Position numbers and translations under genes: made by a program
The notes under the pieces: model-generated
Database searches by the model: none
The model's input: the letters and a program-made list of their open reading frames with translations, nothing else
Told to the model about the DNA's origin: nothing
Source of the DNA: Macrostomum lignano
Taxonomy: Eukaryota
Length of the DNA stretch: 64,000 nt
NCBI GenBank assembly: GCA_002269645.1
Contig: NIVC01000894.1
Location: 186,001-250,000, forward strand
Direction: 5' to 3'
Shown: positions 1 through 11,016 of the stretch, piece after piece
Layout of the letters: each line of letters starts with the position of its first letter
How positions within the stretch are numbered: position 1 is the first letter of the stretch

Positions 1-22
1 CATCCGTGCTCATCCCCCAGAC

Positions 23-472
23 TCAGGCCCCGCCGCAAACTATGTAGTTGTGCGCTTGCTCCAACAGCGGCAGCATCTCTGGAAAGCCATCGCGAGCCAG
101 CTGGGTGGCTTCCGCTAGCTGGCACCAGCGAAAGTCGCGATGCTCGTGCGACAGCCGGACCGCGGCAGCTTCGGCCTCGTCAGCGACTTCAGCCAGCCAG
201 AAGGTGCAACTCTTCAATCGCTCCAGATGCCTCCGGCTGTTGTAGCAGATCTTTGTAGCGGCGAACTGATCCAGCAGTTTCAGCCGGGTCAGGCCGCTCT
301 CTTCGCGCGTCTCTCGCATAGCGCAGTCCAGCAGGGTCTCCCCAGCCTCCAGGTGACCCTTGGGCGGCGTCCAGCGGTCCTGGGTGCGCGACGAGTGCAG
401 CATGAGGTAGAGGGGCTCGCTGCCTGTCCGAGAGAACACCAGCAGCCCAGCGGCTTCAACAATCTCAGGCAT
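23..472 (-). CDS. NUDT2: Bis(5'-nucleosyl)-tetraphosphatase (asymmetrical Ap4A hydrolase), Nudix family, single coding exon
   Basis: 149-aa ORF with a full Nudix box (GHLEAGETLLDCAMRETREESGL) and the NUDT2-type motifs WTPPKGH, FWLAEV and RLSHEHRDFRW. A splice-acceptor-like AG lies 6 nt upstream of the ATG. Confidence 0.92.
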   Translation of the reverse strand: MPEIVEAAGLLVFSRTGSEPLYLMLHSSRTQDRWTPPKGHLEAGETLLDCAMRETREESGLTRLKLLDQFAATKICYNSRRHLERLKSCTFWLAEVADEAEAAAVRLSHEHRDFRWCQLAEATQLARDGFPEMLPLLEQAHNYIVCGGA

Positions 473-635
473 GACAGACTGCGAATGCGCTTGAGCAGTA
501 AGGGGGGATTGTAATATAAAAGTACATCAGTGTCTTGCAAGCAAATTAAGGAACTAACCTTTTCTAATAAATTCTACACGTCAAAACCTTGTAGTAGCAT
601 TCGTTGCTTTTGCTATTAAGCCGCTTAGCTCAAGA

Positions 636-1301
636 CAGAGTTGGCAAGTTTTTACCTAAAGAGCCAGATGAAGAATCTAGCGCATGACTGCGGGCCAGAG
701 GAAGGGAAATAGAAGAGGAGATAGGGAAGAGAGGAAAGAATAGAGAGTAGGGAGCGGAAAAATGTGAGAGGAGAGAAGGAAGAGGAGAGAGGGAAGAGAG
801 GAGAGCGGGGAGAAGAGGAGAGGAGAGGAGAGGAGAGAGGAGAGAAAGGAGAGGAGAGAGAGAAGGGAGAGGAGAGAGGGGAGAAGGAAGAGGAGAGAGG
901 GAAGAGAGGAGAGCGGGGAGAAGAGGAGAGGAGAGGAGAGAGGAGAGAAAGGAGAGGAGAGAGAGGAGAAGGGAGAGGAGAGAGGGGAGAAGGGAGAGGA
1001 GAGGAGAGGAGAGAAGTGAGGGTAGAGAAGAGGAGAGAGGGGAAAGGAGAGAAGGGAGAGGAGAGAAGAGAAGTGAGAGTAGAGAAGAGGAGAGAGGGGG
1101 AGAGGAGAGAAGGGAGAGGAGAGGAGAGGAGGGGAGGAGAGATGAGATAAGGAAGAAAGGGGGAGAGAAGGCTGAGAGCGCTGAGAAGAGACAAGCCTTG
1201 AGCGGGCTATATCACTATTGTGAAGTTTGAAAGGACCCGAGGGCCGTATAGAGGCTTGGCAGGCCGCATGTGGCCCGAGGGATGGATTTCACCTACCCCT
1301 G
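636..1301. mobile_element. Non-autonomous hAT (Charlie-like) MITE carrying an internal GA microsatellite
   Basis: Ends are CAGAGTTGGCAAG...CTACCCCTG, with a near-perfect 8-bp TSD (GCTCAAGA 628-635 / GCTTAAGA 1302-1309) and a hAT-like subterminal GGCCGCATGTGGCCCG. Internal flanks are shared with the elements at 21697 and 35639. Confidence 0.75.
705..1190. repeat. Polypurine (GA-rich) microsatellite inside the MITE
   Basis: Almost pure GA sequence. The overlapping Leu/Ser/Pro and Arg/Glu/Gly ORFs are artefacts. Confidence 0.95.
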
Positions 1302-1502
1302 GCTTAAGAAATCATCAGCATTTGTAACTGAGCCGTGGAAACCCCACCTAAAGCTAAGAACCTTCCCTTGATAGCAGATTACCTACTAATGAATAGCAAG
1401 AAAAGAATATAAATTTGATCTCGAACAAAATATTTGAAAACAGGCGTGAAAATGTGAAAATGGCCAACTATGTCCACATGTGAGGTACTAGATTTTACGA
1501 AC

Positions 1503-1696
1503 TTTACCAACTACAATTTTTATAAATCAGAATCTTCACCATCTACAATCTTCATAAATCATAATTTTCACCAACTACAATCTTAATAAATTAGAATCTT
1601 CACCAATTACAATCTTAATAATTTAGAATCTTCACCAATTACAATCTTAATAAATCAGAATCTTCACCAACTACAATCTTCATAAATTAAAGTCTT
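1503..1696. repeat. 32-bp AT-rich minisatellite, about 6 copies
   Basis: Unit TTCACCAACTACAATCTTAATAAATCAGAATC, read directly from the sequence. Confidence 0.9.
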
Positions 1697-2112
1697 ATAA
1701 AATACCCCAGGGATAAGTTCAGTGAACTGTTTGGTTTAAAAAATTCTGTAAACCTTACTTATCAGCCTTAAGAATCAATTGAAAAACGTAAAGAAATAAA
1801 AAAAAATGTTAACACCAGTGAAATCATTGATTAAACAAACATTTAATTAACAGGAGAATTGTATTTTATTAGCATTCAGTGTCTCCACAGGCCATACAGC
1901 TGTCGCACTCCCAGTTACTCAGGTACTTTGTTATCTTAAAGATATAAATGGAAACAATTGTAGACAAAAACTAATTAATATACTAAGAAATGTGTCACAA
2001 AAGTCACAAATAAACAAAATAAAAAAGATCGAACCTACAAGCACACAAGCAAAGCGCTGGGTCTAGATGTTGGTTTTATTTTTAACAATCAATCAATCAA
2101 TTCACAAGCGGC

Positions 2113-2523
2113 TCAGGGCTGGTTGCCACCCGCCTGAGCCTGAGCAGTGCTGGCCTGTTGGCTGGACACGGCCACTTTAACCTTGGCCTGAAGCACCTCC
2201 GTCACCACCTGTTTCGTGGCATACTTCTCCTGCAACCCCGGCTGAACTTTCTCAATCTCTTTAGCCAGAAATTCGGCTTTGCGCTGAAAGAAGTCAGCCG
2301 CTTGAGTTGGTGTCATATCGGCATAGTAGCCTGTGCCAATGTCCACCGTGACCTTGTCAGGCGGACACAGCCGGCCCAGCACATACAGGGTGCTGGTCAT
2401 TGGCACCAGAGTCTCAGAGTGGGCCCGATCGGGAGTTAATCGTTCCACAGCCTCTTTAGAGTCCATGAATTTCTGCTGTACTGTCTTGAGATTTTGCAGA
2501 CTACTAGTGAGAAATTCCATCTC
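2113..2523 (-). CDS. PFDN5: Prefoldin subunit 5, coding exon 2
   Basis: Translates EMEFLTSSLQNLKTVQQKF...LVPMTSTLYVLG...VTVDIGTGYY...FFQRKAEFL...KVQPGLQEKYATKQ, the alpha-type prefoldin 5 signature. Acceptor aacacag|GAG at 2524/2523. The ORF-track start (MFLNK...) is intronic. Confidence 0.93.
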   Translation of the reverse strand, partial: EMEFLTSSLQNLKTVQQKFMDSKEAVERLTPDRAHSETLVPMTSTLYVLGRLCPPDKVTVDIGTGYYADMTPTQAADFFQRKAEFLAKEIEKVQPGLQEKYATKQVVTEVLQAKVKVAVSSQQASTAQAQAGGNQP

Positions 2524-5470
2524 CTGTGTTTGATTAAACGTGGTTACAATGGTTAGTTTATTGAGAAACATTGGCTAAAAAAGTTTGTTTCAGGCCTAAA
2601 ATGCAAAATTATTCATTTCTAAAAGGTTACTTTTTTAATTAAGAATTGCTGCTTATATGCATATTGACAAGTCATAAGATCCTTATTGAGGTCCCTAATT
2701 CACTTAGGCTTAGCCTTGAGTGTCAGTCTATCAATGAGAAAATGAGAAAAATGTAATAATATTATTACAAAAAGAACATTTTAACAAATTTCTATTTAGT
2801 GCAATGTTGAACACCAGTCTATTATAAGCATTAAAATTTTGCATTGATGTTATGGACTACTATTAAGATTTTTTGTACTAATTAATTGATTAATAAATTT
2901 ATGCTAATGATTTTTTGAATAAACAACAAATTTATCATTAATGTTAATGACAATGTCAATGAGACCAAAGATATAAAGGAACAAACATAATTAAGTCTAA
3001 TAAGAAGTTACACTATTACATATATTGTAAGTTCCCTAGATATGAGCTACCTAAATAATATCTTTATTGATAATGATTAGGGGCCTACTACATTATATGC
3101 AATATGAGCAAATGTGAGCAAATTCTTGTTTAATAAACTTTATAAAAAATAAAAATTATTAATTATATTGATTTCATATTCAAGCATCATCACCTTGATT
3201 CAATTCTTTCCCAATATTTTGTAACTTTCTGCTATGTATGCCTTCTAGTGCTATTGAAACAACCTTCCTATTTTTATTTTATTATAATTAATCAGCTTTT
3301 AAGTTTCAAATAAATATTTAGGTTAGTTCTTATGTTATATATACTTCAGTAGTATTTTACACATAAGTTTTTACTTGTTATTTGCTACTTTTTAGCTTGT
3401 AATTTTGGTTGTATTGTCAATTGCTTTAGACAACCTTTCTATATCAGCTAAAAAATGGAAAAGCAATGCCAACAATATTTTATGCAATCTATTTTTAGTA
3501 GAAAAGGGCAAAATTCTAATTTTTTATGTTAACATGTGGGTCCAATAAGATTTTTTAATTTGAAAAAAACCCCAGAAATATTTGTATTCTATTGTATGGA
3601 TCTTTTTGAGAGGTTTTCAAAAGCATTAAGTTTTATAAAAATTGGTCCAGGAATAAAAAAGTTATGACCATTTTATTGCAACAATTTCTTTGACTTTTGA
3701 AGCATTTTTCCCATAAGGACTTTGATCTGTTAATATATAAGATAATTGAAAAAAATTGTTGGAAAATTATAATGAACATTTTTAAGAGAAAAACAAATAA
3801 CAAACGTAAATAAAGAAATAAAGAATAGATTATATGAAAGAAAAGGAAAAAGATATTTTTCTTTTAATATAAATAAACTTTTAATAGATAAAAAGTTTTT
3901 ATTTTTATCTTTTTATGTCTATGCAACAATATAGAATTTTATGTTAGCATATTATATCTTTTAACAATTTATTACTTTGCCATAAAGCGTTTATTGTGCT
4001 TTTGAATTGTGTCTGGTTCACTTTTATATTCATTTTCTTCATTTTAGGTACACACTTTGTGCTCCCAATCTGGTAGCAATATCAATATATATGATGCTAG
4101 GGGGGGGGGGGCATGCTCAAACAAGAATGCAGAAAAACTAGGGAGGGGAAAGTAAAAATGAATGCCTATAAAACAATCTACAATAAATTATGCATTAAAA
4201 AAATTGATGCCAGCAATGCAAGGCATCAATTTAAGGTACAATTTTTATTATGAAAAAAACTTTTTTTAAAATTACAAACATAAAAATGCATTTTTACTAT
4301 TCTATCAGAGTACAATAACATTGTTTTACTAAATGTTTTTTGTTTATGCATTTTTAAACATTTTAGATACATATTTTTTCAAAAAAGTGATAATTTTAAA
4401 AGCATATAAGTTTTAGTACTATACTTTACCATTTTGTAGTATACCATAGTCCAGATCATGGCAGGCATATGCCAGAATGAAAATTAATGTTTTTTTTCAA
4501 TTTTATACCAACATAAAATAAAAAATATTTTACACCAAGACTAAAATTTTTTATACATCATTTTTACAAAGAACATATATTTTTAGGAATTCAAACTTTT
4601 ACTTAACTGTAAAACAGCAGTTTTTTGCTAAAAACTGATACTCTTTGTTTTAATTTGGACTTTTTTGTAATTTTATGTTATTATTTTCTAGTTTAGTTTC
4701 CGATTTTTTTTAAAGATAGCAGGCTCTTTCACATTGGTTGATATTTAACTACACGATTACATTAGCCTTGAACTTGGCTATTTATTATATGCCAACTGTG
4801 TACACTTCATGTTGAAGTTGAAAATTATATATGCCAAGTGTATGCAAGATTGTCAGCGAGACCAAAAATATGCCAGAAAATTCCAGTATAAAGGCCACCT
4901 TCCAGACTATGGGTAGTATATGCTTACACTTTTTAAATGAAGAATTTTTTCTACTTTAATTTTTTATCGATTCATTTCATTGTATCCATAATTTCATTGT
5001 TTTTTAAGCAAAAAATAAAACTTGTTTTTATCCATTTTTTCACGTTTTTGTTCTTTTAATTTGGCTTACTGGACCCCCTAGCCTAGGAAACTTTAACTTC
5101 TTTGTTCTCAAAGTATTACTAAAGTTAAAATTAAAGTTAATATATTAGTAATATTAGCCTATTGCAAACAAAAACTATAGAAAAGCAATGATTTTACAAA
5201 TGGCCTCTTTTATAGAAAAAAATAAGCAGAAAGTTACATACTTGTTTTTTTTACAAAAGAAGTTATTTTGATTAATTTAATATTATTTATGAGTATGATG
5301 CTATATTATTATTTTTTAGTAATCATATAACAAGTGCTATTTGCAATAACCAATTGACTCTTAAAACAGATTTTATTGCATAATACTACATATGCCTATT
5401 ACAGCAGGCCAGCAGCCTTAGACAAACTAGGTGCCATTAACTACTAGGCCTACGCTACATAATAACTTAC

Positions 5471-5542
5471 CTCATCAATCTTTTCTAGAACCTCTCGTAA
5501 TTGGGGAATAGACAGTTGATTAATTGGAACCGATTGAGCCAT
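5471..5542 (-). CDS. PFDN5: Prefoldin subunit 5, coding exon 1 (MAQSVPINQLSIPQLREVLEKIDE)
   Basis: 72-nt exon not in the ORF track. It resembles the PFDN5 N-terminus, ends in a canonical GAG|gtaagt donor and joins exon 2 in phase 0 across a 2947-nt intron. Confidence 0.88.
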
Positions 5543-7758
5543 TGTTGTGGTATTGATTGCAAGAAGTATCTAGAATTTTTTCACTATTCTTAAAGTTGGT
5601 TTTGGTTTAGCGTTAAGATATGGATGCCTCGAATTTCGAAGTATAACTATATAAGACCTAGCCAAATGGTAAATAAGTTCTTTCTAATTAAGAAGACAAG
5701 ATAAGCGCAATTTTACACTAATTATAATTATTTATCGTATATGTAACTATAATTAGCTACGTCACTAATCAATAAGAAGCACAGAAATATGACTGAAAGG
5801 ACTGGTGCTCGATTGTGAGTTCAGAAGCAGTGGAGTTGGAGCTGGAGCTCTTTCTGTGAAAATCAAGGGCATAGTAGCATTTTAAATCTGCAATAAATAT
5901 ATTAACAAATTCTATTTTTTAATTGTTGTTATTTTAAGAGTTACAACAAAATTTTATAAGTGTTAACTCAAAAAACTAAAGACTTCCTTGATACAGAATA
6001 CGCATACAGATAGACTAGTTCAATTGTTATAAGCTTTGCTGATCGAATTGAGCCAGGGATAAGATCCACTAGACATACTTTTTGCAGTGTCGAATTGTTT
6101 TAAAAATGATGTGATAGTGATTCGCTAGGGAAATGTGAGTACTTGAAGTAGACTACTCTAAAAGAACCTAATGCTGGTTCTTGTTGATAAAAAAACAGTT
6201 GGGGGATCAAAGACATAATTGAATAACTTTGAACATCAGCTTTGTATTTTCCAAGACTCATGCTTCTCTAAAGAATTTCTTAAAATAGAGTAAAAAACTC
6301 TCGAACCGCAGCTATTTTGTTATGTTGCTGGTATTATCTCGCGAGGGCTGAGCAAATTAGTGAGGGACATATACATATACAGAGATGCATGGGGAGAGGC
6401 TTAACCCAAGAGGAAGGTAGCTGTAACTGTTTCTCCTCCCGCGCGTTTCCAAGAAGCCCATGCCCAGACAGCCTTAATACCCCCATTGTGCAATTAACTT
6501 GCGATAGGGGCTAAGTTTAATTTTTTTGTACTTCTACAAGCTGTTTGTGCATCGCTTCGCAGAGTTTAATAACATTTTTGCATTCTGTAATGAGCTGCAA
6601 GTTATCCGGCAGTTTGTGAGTCAGAATTGACACTAATCTCTTTTAGCATACTCGACTCATCGCAATAGTTTTGCGAGCTCACATGTGAAAAAAGTAGCGG
6701 GACTATTTTTGCGTTAGATGATTCTGAGCGGCACTGAGGAATAATGATGTCAAGTACTGCAATGGACAGATAGGAATACTGCTGAAGGGAAGGGATGCCG
6801 AGGGGAATGATGCTGGGGGAATGATGGGGCTGGGGGAAGGATGCTGAGAGGGAATATTGGTAGATTCCATTGACTTGAATTTCAATAGTATATTATAGTT
6901 TTACCTTCACGCAGTAGGAGAGCTGAAAAACTGAAAACTTTCGAATATATTTTGCTGATGCATTGTGATTTACGAGCGCGATTACGGTAATGAAACTCTC
7001 AAATTGATTCTCTTATTCTACTGGTTGCGTACATCGAATCTGATCTGACAGATCTTGAACTCGATGCCACATGTATGTTGTGCAATCGTGTTCTTTTTTC
7101 GCCCTCCTGCCCCGCCCCAACCCTTCCAGTCTGCCCCACCCCTCCAATCAATAATCAATGCGTACGCCAGTCACGCCACCTCGCACCACCTCCCCTACCG
7201 TAACGTACATTTGTTCTAAAAGTATTCATGTACTCGTAGGTCAGATAATAAATATAATGAATTTGCTGTCTAGTAGGCAGCCGCGCACCTGCGTTCTCTT
7301 GGTCCTATCGTTGGCCATTTCAAAAAAACCTACGTGTCTACCATAGCAAGTGCGAACTGTATCGGCTTTTGCGTGGAAGCTCTGAGTTCTGCTCTGTCGT
7401 TTTTCTGCTTCTCCCTGGGACACGGGACGAAAGCTCTGACCCAGATCTGGGGGTCGCAGCTTCCCAACAGGGTAACAGGGTTCAGCTGTAGGCGTCGCTC
7501 TGGAGGATCTCACAACATGTACATAAATTCATGTACAATATTGATTAGGTATCAGTAAGTAGGAATAGCAGAAGGAATTAGGTAAAATAAAACGCCTACT
7601 CTTTTTTTTACCGTAAAAAAGAGGAATTGAAAAAACCTAACAACCTTCAGCCGTTTATGCTAAAAAAATTTAAAGCGATTGATTTTCATTGTTCGTGTTA
7701 CATTGTATGAATATAAGTTAAGGCATGTACAGTCTCTGTGCCTTGGGGGTTGGCCCTG

Positions 7759-8007
7759 ATGGGTGTTCATTGGTGTTCATGGGTGTTCATGGGTGTTCAT
7801 GGGTGTTCATGGGTGTTCATGGGTGTTCATGGGTGTTCATGGGTGTTCATGGGTGTTCATGGGTGTTCATGGGTGTTCATGGGTGTTCATGGGTGTTCAT
7901 GGGTGTTCATGGGTGTTCATGGGTGTTCATTGGTGTTCATGGGTGTTGATGGGTGCTCATGGGTGTTCATTGGTGTTCATGGGTGTTCATGGGTGTTCAT
8001 GGGTGTT
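7759..8007. repeat. 10-bp minisatellite (GGGTGTTCAT)n, about 25 copies
   Basis: Read directly from the sequence. Confidence 0.95.
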
Positions 8008-8091
8008 GGCCCAAGGCGCGAGTAGCACAGCTTGACTCTATGAAAATCAACAACAAACATCTAGTTAAAAGACGAATGCTGAAATTTTAGC

Positions 8092-8335
8092 TTAGCTGCG
8101 GATGAAAAACTTGCCAGCAACATCGGAGGCCAGAGTGGCAGGCGGAGTGGGGAAATCCAGCAGATGGCAGAGGCCCAGGTCCTTGGAGTAGATGACAGCC
8201 TGACAATCAGACTGGTCGCACAGGCCGGTGCACTGGATCAGACTTCTGGCATTCGCGACCGTTTTGTAAGCTGGCGCTGTGGCGCTGTCCATTGTCGCCT
8301 AGGTGCGGTTGCCGGAGTGGAACTTGTGCAGTTCT
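8092..8335 (-). pseudogene. Possible PAN/Apple-like domain remnant
   Basis: ARSLIQCTGLCDQSDCQAVIYSKDLGLCHLL has PAN-like CxxxC...C..(V)xY...C spacing. There is an in-frame TAG just upstream of the Met and no signal-peptide exon could be found. Confidence 0.35.
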
Positions 8336-9117
8336 GCAGATTTATACTCATTTTATGTGTCTGTTTTTTAATGCAGAAAAATTGTAAAAAGTTTAATTCA
8401 CAGTGCTGCTTGTGGGCATTGCCGTTTTCGTAGTTTAGTACAAGTAATGTGCCAAGACTGGACCATCGCTGCACTGATTTTGCATCAAACAATCAACTAT
8501 AGCCACACTGTAACAATCATATTCCTACAGCTCCGTATCTAGATGAAGCTGATTAGCTGTGCCATCATCTATCTTTCTTTTCTCACCCTTTTGTCGTCGC
8601 CCGATTTTGACTGGAAATTAAGCGAACCATTGAAACCAGTGAAATTAAGAGAACTAGTGAGACTTTCTCCAAAGAGACCATAAGAAATTTTTCCGAGATA
8701 AGAGATATAAGAGATAAGAGACCCGAAGAGATTCAACAGAAATAAAAGGACGAAATTTTGCGGCCAACCGGTAAGCGCCGCCTTTTCTGTGGTATCCTTT
8801 TGGAATTGCCAGGACTACTACCATACCCGTATCGGTAAAAGCCAGGGCGCGTCTCATGCCTGTTCTGTAGCATATATATCAGCCATCATCATTAGATACA
8901 ACTATTATAACATTGCCACCTGTACTTACATAGAATTGTGTTTTGTGAGTGCCCCAGCACCACACTGCACCAGGCCGAAATTGCGTGTCCCAACGCCAAA
9001 GTAGGCAATTTCTCTACCTGGAGCATTCTAATGCCCGGAGACCACAAGCTATATAGTACATGTACTAATAGTAACAGTGGGCTGGGCTTCGAGCCTCCAC
9101 TGGCACTGCACCCGTGT

Positions 9118-9633
9118 ATTCTATCTGAATAATCTATCTGCACTATCTGGATATTGTATCTGGATGCTCTATCTGGATGTTCTATCTGGATATTGGATCT
9201 GGATGTTCTATCTGGATGTTCTATCTGGATATTGTATCTGGATGCTCTATCTGGACGTTCTATCTGGATATTTTATCTGGATGCTCTATCTGGATTTTCT
9301 ATCTGGATGCTCTATCTGGATGTTCTATCTGGATATATTGTATCTGGATGCTCTATCTGGATGTTCTATCTGGATATTGGATCTGGATGTTCTATCTGGA
9401 TGTTCTATCTGGATATTGTATCTGGATGCTCTATCTGGACGTTCTATCTGGATATTTTATCTGGATGCTCTATCTGGATGTTCTATCTGGATGCTCTATC
9501 TGGATGTTCTATCTGGATATATTGTATCTGGATGCTCTATCTGGATGTTCTATCTGGATATTTTATCTGGATGCTCTATCTGGATGTTCTATCTGGATGT
9601 TCCATCTGGATATTGTATCTGGATGTTCTATCT
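9118..9633. repeat. 13-bp minisatellite (ATCTGGATGTTCT)n, left part
   Basis: Read directly from the sequence. It continues at 10411 after the LTR insertion. Confidence 0.95.
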
Positions 9634-10410
9634 TGTTGTGATTCAATGTACTGGCCCGTACTGTAGCTCTCTCTCTCCCTCTGCCAACCCTCCCTACCCC
9701 TTCCATGCTCGCAACTTATTGTCAACTACTTTTATATGTACTTTACTGTATTTGGTGCCACTGCACTAAACCTATTTTATTGATTAATTTATTAGTGAAG
9801 TTTATTTATTTACCCAGTCATTGTCTGTGATTTCGGACCCCTGATTATGGTTAGACCTCTCTCCACGCGCCCTCTCATTGGCTGCCTCTGTCATCTGCAA
9901 CTCTTGTTTCCTACCCCCATTTGCGTTCTGCGTGGCTGCAGCCAATCCCCACTCGCTCTCTCTGCCCCACCCCGCCGTTTCTCTTACCCAGCAGCTTTCA
10001 CCCACCCCATTTGGAGCTGTCTTTTATTTATTGGCGTGCGCGCCGCCCTCCTGTCTCCCGTGAGAATTGTCTCTCCCCTTTCCGATTCGCTTCTGCTCGC
10101 TACCCTCTCAACTCCTGCTATTCCAAGCCCAATATAGCGCCTAATATAACACGAACTTACTACCGGAACGTCCAGAGCGCACGAGTGCCGAAACTGCGCA
10201 ACTGTAAGTGTCACCTGTCTTATTTCTTTTGGGGTTCAGTGCTTAGGATCTTGTCACCAGGGCCTATGCGTTTGCTGCGACCCTGGTTGCCAGCCTACTG
10301 CCTGCGCGTTAGTGCGACAGCGGGTTCGCAAGCAGCAGGACTGAGTGCTGAGTCTCCCTGCTCGTATAGAGCGCGAGACAAAGCCGGCTGGTCCGTCTCG
10401 GGACACAACA
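9634..10410 (-). mobile_element. Solo LTR (777 bp) inserted into the 13-bp satellite
   Basis: Termini TGTTGTG...CACAACA form a 7-bp inverted repeat. A 4-bp TSD ATCT is present on both sides. AATAAA signals cluster on the minus strand near 9775-9810. Confidence 0.8.
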
Positions 10411-10715
10411 ATCTGGATGCTCTATCTGGATATTGTATCTGGATGTTCTATCTGGGTGTTCTATCTGGATTTTCTATCTGGATGTTCTATCTGGATATTG
10501 TATCTGGATGTTCTATCTAGATTTTCTATCTGGATGTTCTATCTGGATGTTCTATCTGGATGTTCTATCTGGATGTTCTATCTGGATGCTCTATCTGGAT
10601 ATTCTATCTGGATGTTCTATCTGGATGCTCTATCTGGATATTCTATCTGGATGCTCTATCTGGATATTCTATCTGGACATTATATCTGCATATTCTCTCC
10701 GCATATTCCATCTAA
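10411..10715. repeat. 13-bp minisatellite, right part, grading into the ATCTGCATATTCT variant
   Basis: Read directly from the sequence. Confidence 0.93.
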
Positions 10716-10859
10716 CACTGTCGATTTTATTTCTCATTAAACCACTCCTCTCCTCTCTCAGCTGTGCCATTTTTCACTGCCCACTCGAATCTGCAAGTCT
10801 GCACTCCAACCGCTACTACCATAAGTAGTATGCATTCCGTACGTAAGAGAATTCGAGAT

Positions 10860-10981
10860 CGAAGCACCGGGCTCGCATTGAGCCAATCAGGCACGAGCAG
10901 TGCATATCTCAGGCACTGTCTTCTCAGAACGATATAAAATATCCTGTGCTGAAGCGGCTGCTCATGCAGTTTTCTTTTCAG
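10860..10981 (+). promoter_or_regulatory. Putative promoter of ANK-kinase copy 1 (CCAAT about 10883, TATAAAA about 10933) followed by an acceptor ttttcttttcag
   Basis: Motifs lie upstream of ATG 11017, with an in-frame TGA at 10984. The CCAAT-containing block recurs at about 33830-34020 and 61460-61560. Confidence 0.35.
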
Positions 10982-11016
10982 GCTGACTTGAGAAGAAGCT
11001 GGTCGGGGTGCGCATA

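Noticed and set aside
2524-2571. ORF-track N-terminus of PFDN5 (MFLNKLTIVTTFNQTQ)
   Set aside because: It is intronic read-through. The real first exon is at 5471-5542.
5769-5887. Possible last exon of an upstream gene (DLKCYYALDFHRKSSSS...) behind a good acceptor
   Set aside because: Only about 39 codons, no recognisable homology, and no compatible upstream exon found.
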